Assembly: GCF_902459465.1 (NCBI RefSeq)
Contig: NC_047062.1
Span: 23,188,001 to 23,252,000, forward strand
Direction of reading: 5' to 3'
Length of the DNA: 64,000 bases
DNA from: Asterias rubens
Taxonomy: Eukaryota
A program made the translations under genes and the position numbers. Below the pieces are notes generated by a model. The model saw only the letters and a program-made list of their open reading frames with translations, had not been told where the DNA came from and searched no databases. This document shows positions 35,785-46,420 of the stretch, piece after piece (the stretch's first letter is position 1; each line of letters starts with the position of its first letter).

Positions 35785-38700
35785 CAGGATATTTTCTAGT
35801 GGTAGAACTGTTTGCCTCTGGAGTTGGAGGTCCCTGGTTCAAATTCCAGGTGAGGTCTACAATTTTGTTGTTACAACTTAGATTTCAAAACTTGTTGGGG
35901 GACGGAAATTTATTAGTAGGATTTTTCCAGGATATTTTAACTGACCGAGTTGGTCTAGTGGTAGAACTGTTTGCCTCCGGAGTAGGAGGTCCCTGGTTCA
36001 AGTCCTGGGTGAGGTCTACAATTTTGTTGTTACAACTTAGGTTTCAAAAATTGTTGGGGGACGGAAATTTATTAGTAGGATTTTTCCAGGATATTTTAAC
36101 TGACCGAGTTGGTCTAGTGGTGGAACTGTTTGCCTCCGGAGTCTGAGGTCCCTGGTTCAAATCCCAGGTGAGGTCTACAGTTTTGTTGTTACAACTTAGA
36201 TTTCTAAATTTGTTGGGGACGGAAATTTATTAGTAGGATTTTTCCAAGATGTTTTAACTGACCGAGTTGGTCTAGTGGTAGAACTGTTTGCCTCCGGAGT
36301 CGGAGGTCCCTGGTTCAAATCCCAGGTGAGGTCTGCAATTTTGTTGTTACAACTTAGGTTTCAAAATTTGTTGGGGGACGGAAATTTATTAGTAGGATTT
36401 TTCCAGGATATTTTAACTGACTGAGTTGGTCTAGTGGTAGAACTGTTTGCCTCTGGAGTTGGAGGTCCCTGGTTCAAATCCCAGGTGAGGTCTGCAATTT
36501 TGTTGTTACAAGTTAGGTTTCAAAATTTGTTGGGGGACGGAAATTTATTAGTAGGATTTTTCAAGGATATTTTAACTGACCGAGTTGGTCTAGTGGTAGA
36601 ACTGTTTGCCTCATGAGTCGGAGGTTCCCTGGTTCAAATCCCGGGTGAGGTCTCAAATTTTGTTGTTACAACTTAGGTTTCAAAATTGTTGGGGGACGGA
36701 AATTTATTAGTAGGATTTTTCCAGGATATTTTAACTGACCGAGTTGGTCTAGTGGTAGAACTGTTTGCCTCCGGAGTCGGAGGTCCATGGTTAAAATCCT
36801 GGTGAGGTCTACAATTTTGTTGTTACAACTTAGATATCAAAATTTGTTGGGGGACGGAAATTTATTAGTAGGATTTTTCCAGGATATTTTAACTGACCGA
36901 GTTGGTCTAGTGGTAGAACTGTTTGCCTCCGGAGTCGGAGGTCCCTGGTTCAAATCCCAGGTGAGGTCTACAGTTTTGTTGTTACAACTTAGATTTCTAA
37001 ATTTGTTGAGGGACGGAAATTTATTAGTCGGATTTTTCCAGGATATTTTAACTGATCGTGTTGGTCTAGTGGAAGAAGTGTTTGCCTCTGGAGTTGGAGG
37101 TCCCTGGTTCAACTCCCGGGTGATGTCTACAATTTTGTTGTTACACGTTAGATTTCTAAATTTGTCGAGGGACGGAAATTTATTAGTAGGATTTATCCAT
37201 GATATTTTAACTGACTGAGTTGGTCTAGTGGTAGAACTGTTTGCCTCTGGAGTTGGAGGTCCCTGGTTCAAATCCCAGGTGAGGTCTGAAATTTTGTTGT
37301 TACAACTTAGGTTTAAAAATTTGTTGGGGGACGGAAATTTATTAGTAGGATTTTTCCAGGATATTTTAACTGACCGAGTTGGTCTAGTGGTAGAACTGTT
37401 TGCCTCCGGAGTCGGAGGTCCCTGGTTCAAATCCCGGGTGAGGTCTCAAATTTTGTTGTTACAACTTAGATATCAAAATTTGTTGAGGGACAGAAATTTA
37501 TTAGTCGGATTTTTCCAGGATATTTTAACTGATCGTGTTGGTCTAGTGGTAGAACTGTTTGCCTCCGGAGTCGGAGGTCCCTGGTTCAAATCCCAGGTGA
37601 GGTCTGCAATTTTGTTGTTACAACTTAGATTTCAAAATTTGTTGGGGGACGGAAATTTATTAGTAGGATTTTTCCAGGATATTTTAACTGACCGAGTTGG
37701 TCTAGTGGTAGAACTGTTTGCCTCCGGAGTCGGAGGTCCCTGGTTCAAATCCCAGGTGAGGTCTACAATTTTGTTGTTACAACTTAGATTTATAAATTTG
37801 TTGAGGGACGGAAATTTATTAGTAGGATTTTTCCAGGATATTTTAACTGACTGGGTTGGTCTAGTGGTAGAACTGTTTGCCTCATGAGTCGGAGGTCCCT
37901 GGTTCAAATCCAGGTGAGGTCTACAATTTTGTTGTTACAACTTAGATTTCTAAATTTGTTGAGGGACGGAAATTTATTAGTCGGATTTTTCCAGGATATT
38001 TTAACTGATCGTGTTGGTCTAGTGGTAGAAGTGTTTGCCTCTGGAGTCGGAGGTCCCTGGTTCAAATCCCAGGTGAGGTCTCAAATTTTGTTGTTACAAC
38101 TTAGATATCAAAATTTGTTGAGGGACGGAAATTTATTAGTAGGATTTTTCCAGGATATTTTAACTGACCGAGTTGGTCTAGTGGTAGAACTGTTTGCCTC
38201 CGGAGTCGGAGGTCCCTGGTTCAAATCCCAGGTGAGGTCTGCATTTTGTTGTTACAACTTAGGTTTCAAAATTTGTTGGGGGACGGAAATTTATTAGTAG
38301 GATTTTTCCAGGATATTTTAACTGACCGAGTTGGTCTAGTGGTAGAACTGTTTGCCTCCGGAGTCGGAGGTCCCTGGTTCAAATCCCAGGTGAGGTCTAC
38401 AATTTTGTTGTTACAACTTAGATTTCAAAATTTGTTGGGGGACGGAAATTTATTAGTAGGATTTTTCCAGGATATTTTAACTGACCGAGTTGGTCTAGTG
38501 GTAGAACTGTTTGCCTCCGGAGTCGGAGGTCCCTGGTTCAAATCCCTGGGTGAGGTCTACAATTTTGTTGTTACAACTTAGGTTTCAAAAATTGTTGGGG
38601 GACGGAAATTTATTAGTAGGATTTTTCCAGGATATTTTAACTGACCGAGTTGGTCTAGTGGTAGAACTGTTTGCCTCCGGAGTCGGAGGTCCCTGGTTCA

Positions 38701-39437
38701 AATCCCAGGTGAGGTCTACAGTTTTGTTGTTACAACTTAGATTTCTAAATTTGTTGAGGGACGGAAATTTATTAGTAGGATTTATCCATGATATTTTAAC
38801 TGACCGAGTTGGTCTAGTGGTAGAACTGTTTGCCTCTGGAGTTGGAGGTCCCTGGTTCAAATCCCAGGTGAGGTCTGAAATTTTGTTGTTACAACTTAGG
38901 TTTAAAAATTTGTTGGGGGACGGAAATTTATTAGTAGGATTTTTCCAGGATATTTTAACTGACTGAGTTGGTCTAGTGGTAGAACTGTTTGCCTCCGGAG
39001 TCGGAGGTCCCTGGTTCAAATCCCGGGTGAGGTCTCAAATTTTGTTGTTACAACTTAGATATCAAAATTTGTTGAGGGACAGAAATTTATTAGTCGGATT
39101 TTTCCAGGATATTTTAACTGATCGTGTTGGTCTAGTGGAAGAAGTGTTTGCCTCTGGAGTTGGAGGTCCCTGGTTCAAATCCCGGGTGAGGTCTACAATT
39201 TTGTTGTTACAACTTAGATTTCTAAATTTGTTGAGGGACGGAAATTTATTAGTAGGATTTATCCATGATATTTTAACTGACCGAGTTGGTCTAGTGGTAG
39301 AACTGTTCGCCTCTGGAGTCGGAGGTTCCTGGTTCAAATCCCAGGTGAGGTCTCAAATTTTGTTGTTACAACTTAGATTTCAAAACTTGTTGGGGGACGG
39401 AAATTTATTAGTAGGATTTTTCCAGGATATTTTAACT

Positions 39438-39511
39438 GACCGAGTTGGTCTAGTGGTAGAACTGTTTGCCTCCGGAGTCGGAGGTCCCTGGTTCAAATCC
39501 CAGGTGAGGTC
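39438..39511 (+). pseudogene. Representative tRNA-like unit of the array (tRNA-Arg-CCG-derived, imperfect cloverleaf)
   Basis: D-loop AGTGGTA, anticodon loop CT-CCG-GA, T loop TTCAAAT, acceptor ends GACC/GGTC. There are two acceptor-stem mismatches, a weak anticodon stem and a bulged C in the T stem, so it is unlikely to be a working tRNA. Confidence 0.6.
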
Positions 39512-40129
39512 TACAATTTTGTTGTTACAACTTAGATATCAAAATTTGTTAGGGGACGGAAATTTATTAGTAGGATTTTTCCAGGATATCTCAACTAATC
39601 GTGTTGGCCTCACAGTGCACTAAGCTGCGCTAAGGCTGAGATTTCAAAGTTCAGAGCTGAAGTGTTAGAAATTCTGGGCAAACTTGATGTGTTATCAGAG
39701 TTAGTGGTACGTGCAATCATGCTAAGTTGGGGATGTATCTAGACATTGGTGAATGGGCTTTAAACTATGGTTCTGACTGGTGCATGCAAAAGATACCTGC
39801 ATTTTTATAAGCGGAAGGCTTCCATGTTAGTAAAAAAAGGTTATTTCCTAAATGCTGTATATATATGTCAGCCTTGAAAACTTCAAAAGGACTAGGTACC
39901 CGGATAAGTGGCCAAAACAGAGGATATAAAGGCTTGGGTTTGTTTTTAACACGCCATATTAGGACTGTTGGAAAGTGAATGTAAAATCATGCAACTTGCA
40001 ACCACTTTACTACACGGCAGTTTATATCATCAAACAACATTCTAAAGATACAATGTCATCCATGATGGGAATGTTATTTTCACGGTAGTAGTACCTTTCA
40101 CAAAGGCACTACTAACTTGGGACTAGTCC

Positions 40130-40497
40130 TTAAAGGAACACGTTGCCTTGGATCGGTCGTTTGTTATAAAATGCATATGGTTAGAAAGATATTTTAAAAG
40201 TAGAATATAATGATCCACACAAGTATGACTCGAAATTGCGTGGTTTTCCTTTTACCTCGTCGACTAACACGGTCGGCCATTTATGGGAGTCAAATTTTTG
40301 ACTCTGATAAATGACCGACAGTGTTAGTTCGCAAAGTTAAAGGAAAACCACGCAATTTCGAGGAAAAGTTGTGTGGATCGTTATATTCTACTTTTAAAAT
40401 ATCTTTCCAACCATATGCATTTTATAAAAAACGGTTACAATTTACAAACGCTTTTCAAAGACCAACTCGACTGATCCAAGGCAACGTGTTCCTTTAA
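40130..40497. mobile_element. MITE family B copy
   Basis: TTAA-aggaacacgttgccttggatc ... gatccaaggcaacgtgttcct-TTAA; closely similar to 9075-9442. Confidence 0.85.
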
Positions 40498-41686
40498 GAA
40501 GGATGAGTGACTCGTACTCGAGATAAGACTAGTCTTTGTGAATTCAACCCCACGACTTTTAAAACACATTTTGGGATTGTTCAGAAGGGAAAAGAAGCCA
40601 TGTTTCCTGGCAACTTAAAAGGCATACAGTCTGGTGCAAATTGCAGTCAAACTATGCCAGAAACCCCTGAGCTAGCCTTACTTTTTGGGCTGTTATGGCT
40701 CTCTTTTAACAGTGTTCTCATATATTTATTGACCAAACCAACAGCGGACGAGCCGCCAATTACAGGAAAGGATACCAAAAAAAACAATAAGAAATATTCA
40801 TATAGCCTATATAAAAACAATCTGATATGTACAAAGAACTATGAAGACTGATGTTAAAGAGAGCCGTAACAACAAAACACTGCAAACAAGGTGGGCTAGG
40901 CTATACCCCTATCTGAGCATGTAGGAAGGAACCTCCATGCCCTGCTGAGCAAGCCCACATACATCTCTCTCATGAAAAGTGCTTTTGGTTCATTTTCCCT
41001 CTTGAATAAAGAGAATTCTCTAGTTTATCTGTTTGGCAAACTGTGTGTGTGTGTGTGTGGGTGTGTCTACCAGTTGAAATGTACTAGTACAAACCAATGA
41101 GGATGTCCAAACAAAATGAGAGCGAAGGGAAGTCCTTGATTTAGCAGGTCAATGTGCGTGTGTGGGAATATGTGAGGGTGGGGAGAGTAGGAGGAAGTGG
41201 GAGGCGGGCAGTGTAAACAAAAATCTCCATCTTCACAAGAAACTAGGCTCCAAACATCCAGTGTAAAAAACCCATAGTCTTCATTAACACAACAAACACA
41301 TTCCTGCATTGCAACACAATTCCCTTGTTTTCTTCAACCCCTTTATTTTTCATGCAGTATTCGAAGAACAAATATTTGTCCTAGTTATTTTCTGAACTTT
41401 GTACAGGTAGGCAAGGTTTACAGAGCAAACATAGGTTGTGTCTTCGTCGCAATCTCCAGCACCATTCCATCACATAAGAATAAATGATGAAGGTTCCAAT
41501 GGCCCCGGGGTCTTTCTATATATTCAACAAATTGTTTTTTCCCACGTCAGGGCCAAGGAAAACACGGCAAACATGCCTCTGTCATGTTTTCTTTTTAGTG
41601 TCCGGGGGATAAAGATGCTGTATTCAGGACCGAAATGAAAAACGGGCATGAAGTTTGATTCACTGGGCAATTACTGATGAAGCCCC

Positions 41687-42038
41687 TTAAAGGCACTAGA
41701 CACCTTTGGTGGTCGTCAAAGACCAGTATTCTCACTTGGTGTATCCCATTATATGTACAAAATAATAAACCCGTGACAAATTTGACTCAATTGGTGATGG
41801 AAGTTGCAAGAGAATGTTGAAAGAAAAAAACACCCTTTTTGCACAATTTGTGTGCTTTTCATCTGCTTTCTAAAAGGCTTCAAGCCTGAAGGATTTTATT
41901 ATTTGAGTGAGAAATGACATCTTTCTATAAAACTACACTACTTCAGAGGGAGCCAGCACTCCTTTGCTCATTGCCAAGTAAGTTTTGTTTTGCTTAGAAT
42001 TCTTTTGAGCTATAACCAATAGTGTCCAGTGCTTTTAA
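41687..42038. mobile_element. MITE family A copy
   Basis: ttaaaggcactagacacctttgg ... gtgtccagtgcttttaa. Confidence 0.7.
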
Positions 42039-42200
42039 CCACTGGTGCTTAAAACAGTGTCGCATCAATAACCTTTTAATATTACGGTGTGCTTATTTGA
42101 GATCTGTTGATGAATGAAATTTGTTGACAAGACAGATCTGTCTTGATTAGGGAGAAGCGCCAGGCAAAAGCGCTTCTGCAATAATGGTATTTTCTTTCTG

Positions 42201-42576
42201 TTAAAGGCACTGTACATGTTTGGTAATTACTCAAAATAAATATTAGCATAAAACCTTACTTGGTAACAAGCAACGAAGAGCTGTTGATAGCATAAAACAT
42301 TGTGAGAAACAACTCCTTCTGAAGTAACGTAGTTTTTGAGGTAGAGGTAGTTTCTATCTAAAATAATAAAACACTTCTGGCCAGAAGCTTTTTATTGCTT
42401 TCTGAAAGCACACTATTTTGTAAAACAAGGGTGTTTTTTCTTTCGTCATTTTCTTGCAACTTCAATGACCAATTGAGTCAAAATATTCACAGGTTTGTTA
42501 TTTTATGCATATGATGAGATACACCAAGTGAGAATACTGGTCTTTGACAATTACCAAATGTGTTCAGTGCCTTTAA
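42201..42576. mobile_element. MITE family A copy
   Basis: ttaaaggcactgtacatgtttggtaattactc ... gtgttcagtgcctttaa; opposite orientation to 41687-42038. Confidence 0.7.
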
Positions 42577-45500
42577 CCTGTACTTTCTTCACATCCTGAA
42601 GACCAAGTTCCTACAAATATGTGTTTCAATTTGTCTTGATAACTGTTAACATGACACCATATATCCCATAATCAAATTAAAAGTAACATAATTGTTTAAA
42701 TTTGGAAAAATGCTGTATTCTGAAACCCTAACCAGTTCAACAATAATCATTATCGCCTGTAAGTTTTGTCCTCTTTTTACAAACACCCCCATCCTTTAAA
42801 AAATGATGTAAACAAAGAATGATATGCCCTTTTGGGGTCAAAGTTGCAATGCGAGTGTTGCAATGCAAGAGTATCACTGGTGCAATTCAAGCTGAGTGCG
42901 TGCAGTTGGACCTGTTAATATGTTTTGGTCCGTAAACGTACAGTACACTTTTATCAGGCAGCCTCAATCGCTGTCATGTTCCCCCGTTTAGTATACAGAA
43001 ATCAAGTAAAAGGGTTAAAATTTGTTTGCCTTTCCACAGCTATTGTATCAGTTACAAAACATTGATTTGAATGGGGGGGGGAGTGGGATGTCTGGTTTTT
43101 GAAAATGGTCTATGGTAAACAGATGTGATTATTATGCTGCATTATGTTTGCACGAGACCCCCTGTGCAACATTTGCCAGTAAAATTACTTGGTTACAAAT
43201 GAATGGTCAAAAAGCTAAATTTTCAGATGAAAGAAAGTGCTTTGCTTTGACTTGTTTCAAAGTTTTGGAACAAGCAACATTTCCAGTAATAGTGAAGCCT
43301 CTGATACCCTTGCGCTTTATGCTGTGATTCCAATAAAGGGGAAATTATGCACGCCTCCATGTTATTGTGCAAAAGCTTGCCCCAAACCATGTCAAGACTG
43401 GCTTTAATTTTGGTTTTATCCTTTCACTCATGTGTGCTAGTAAAACTCTTGGACAAAATCACAAGAATAGTATTCAGGTGGGAATCAAACCCACGACCTT
43501 TTAGAGCAGTGTGTCACCAACTAGACTGCCAAAATTGCCCGCTAGCTAGAGGCAGTTCGAATCCTATATTTAGCAGCTGTCTTTGTTTGATGGATTTATA
43601 TTCGAGTGTTCACCCAATTTTATGAAAATTTGTCAAAATGTTCACCATGGTGAATTCTCTATTTTGAGACACCCCTATAGTTGAATACTCTTTGGGCATA
43701 GTGAGCAGCAGTAAAATGGAAATTCTGTGACCATTAATTTGTAGTTTACAACAATCCACTTTCTATTCCACTTTCTCTAATCAATAAAACTTGCAAGATT
43801 CATTGGCACAAAGTGTAACAACTATCACAACTGTCATGATGAAGTTACAGATCTGAACAGAATGTGTAAATTACATGTATGAGAATAAAATACAAATCAC
43901 AGCGAAACTACAAGAGTGCATTTACACCAATAAAAAAAAAGGATTCTAAGAGTCCTTTTTTATTGGTTTAAATGACCATTTTGCATTCATCCATTATTTT
44001 TTCAAGGATGTCTTTCCATTTTGTGTCCGTCAATCATCTTATGAAAATGACCATCATTTTACTTATTTTATAGGCAGGCTACTAACTATGCTTGAATAAC
44101 TCATTACAACCGATTTCCTCTTTTTTATATAATTATTTATAGTACCATAGAAAGTGAAAAGACTCTGTCAAAAAATCAAAATAAATACAAGCATTCATGA
44201 GAGCAGTAGTCTCGCGCAGAGCCGTTGTCTCGCACAGAGCAGCAGTCCCGCTTAACAACTTGTCCACAAGTCTAGCCAAATGGCTGCATACACTAAAAAA
44301 TGGCTAAGAACACTAACAAATTGTCAAGCTTGTCATGGTTACTGGAAATAAAACACTACAACCAGTATCATGACATTTACTGAAGGTGAAAACTGACACA
44401 TTTGTCCCCTTATATTAACTTTAATTAATGTGACCCAATTTGACCCAAGATGACCTCAAGATGTATTTGTAAAAAATTACCAAACCCAACTTCAACAAGT
44501 TCAGTTGACCCCAACTTGACCTAAGCTGACCTTAACAAACACCTAAGACAATCCTCCAGGAGTAAACCCGACACCGATGACCTAAGCTAAAATGACACCG
44601 ACTGGAATGACTCAAATTCCACACACAGTTTTGTCATGTAGCCATACATTTTGTTCAATGATTTATTCTGCAAGCACATTGTACATTCATTTATTACAAT
44701 ACATGTTTAAATGTACTTTCTCTTAGTTTCATTTCCTGATGGCAAATTTTACCACATAAATTATTCAAATTTCTTTTACTTCCGAACCTGCCTCTAATTT
44801 TGTGAAGACTATGATGTGGCAAAGTGCCATCAAGTCTGGTACACCACGTAATAAGGCCTAAATGAAAAACTCGCACTTTAAAATCATGTTTTTCAAATGA
44901 CAATCCAGAAGATAAAAACTGAATTAAATGTAATACAAAATAAATATACATTAAGCTAATTGTATAAAAACATGTTATACAAAGCTGTACAAGTAAAAAG
45001 TAAGACAAGACACAAGATTGTCAATGAAATAAATCTAAACTATTATTTGTATGAGCATGTAGTTAGTCCATTTTCAAAGGATATGCTGGGATTGTCTTTG
45101 ACAAATCTAAGACACAAACGGATGAGCTTCTTGCCCTTTGTTTTTGGAGGCAAATAGCAGAAAAGTGTTTGATACCTAGTTAGAATGTCTTATCATTTGT
45201 AATGGCTGAAGAAAAATAAAATAGCTTTATCTCAATTGAAAATATGAAGACAAAAATGAGACTAAAACTAATTCGAGCGAGATATTGTGATAATGTAATG
45301 CAGATTTAAATAAAATAAAATAAAAAGGTTATAATTAAAACACCATCTGATTCACATCAAAGGAGCTTATGCGAAGGTTCAATAAAGTAAATAAATGAGT
45401 TAAATGAATATTCAAAGGTTTAAACGAATACATAATTATTTCAGCAGCAGATTATTATTGTTATTGAAGTGCAGCATTCTGTGAGTGTTACCGTATCTAT

Positions 45501-46420
45501 TTCAAGACAACACTCCCTCCATATATTACTAAATACTGCACACCTAATACGCACCTTGGATCAGAGAAACTTAGGATCTTGAAAGCAATTTGCAGTGATA
45601 AAGAGCACAATGGCTCAATTTCATAAATGTTTCAACCCATCTGTTCCAGTCATCATCAATTATTTTCTGATGAGCTTTTTTCAGGTACATGTAAAAGTCG
45701 CTTCTCTCCAGAAAAATTGTACTTTGACCTAGTTTTCACCACAATTTTTTAATGTAGTTTACAGATTTTTGATATTTTTCAAATTAATTTAAAGCGTACG
45801 ACACAATGTCAAAGCAAACTTCTCAGTGGATGTTTAATTCAGATACCATTTTGGTAATTTTTAGTGTTCTTAATTAAAAGAATTCCTCATCCCAAACAGG
45901 CGAAAAAACAGTACATTACAACTTGTGTTTACGTGTTGGTCCCAATTTCAAGCCTGTTCTTCATAATCAGAACCCTGGCAGGTTGAATAAACAGTTTACC
46001 GGACAAAATGTTTTACCTTTGGACATTTTTTGTTTGTATGACACTAAATAGCACTTAGGTTCTGTTTTTCCCCCTTCTGTCTGTGTCAATCCCTTCATTA
46101 ACACACTAAGACTCCGGCATGACACTTTGGGTAAATTGCATCGCAACCTAATAAATCACTGTCTCATATGTATTCAGCTCACATGTAATACTCTTTGGAT
46201 AAATTGCATTGCAACCTAATAAATACTTTTGCATTTATGTATCCCTCGCTGGACACGTTTATGTAAACATACATGTACATGTACATCCTTTGACAGCTTT
46301 CACATTTCAATGACACATAAAACAGCAGTTGACTCCCATTACATACTGTTACAGCACACAAGTCACTTACCCACAACTTTAACCTACAATGATCATACAA
46401 CCAATGCATGTTTTGTTTTT

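Larger units (their letters stand above)
34340..39610 (+). repeat. Tandem array of 159-bp units, each with a tRNA-Arg(CCG)-like head (A box, B box, T4 run); 29 full heads plus 1 truncated in sequenced DNA
   Basis: Heads (consensus GACCGAG) start at 34369, 34528, 34687, 34846, 35004, 35162, then after the gap at 35943 and on to 39438, with 158-160-bp spacing. Head consensus GACCGAGTTGGTCTAGTGGTAGAACTGTTTGCCTCCGGAGTCGGAGGTCCCTGGTTCAAATCCCAGGTGAGGTC, followed by tacaaTTTTg. Confidence 0.95.

Noticed and set aside
34369-39511. Calling the units bona fide tRNA-Arg genes
   Set aside because: Two acceptor-stem mismatches, a mostly G-U or mismatched anticodon stem and a bulged T stem. Reported as tRNA-like pending tRNAscan-SE and expression data.
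34340-39610. CRISPR-like repeat-spacer interpretation of the array
   Set aside because: Spacers are near-identical rather than unique, the DNA is eukaryotic and no cas genes are present.
34324-39623. 53-aa-repeat ORFs on both strands of the 159-bp array
   Set aside because: 158- and 160-bp units break the frame repeatedly, so there is no selection for coding. The ORFs at 35235 and 35249 run through Ns.
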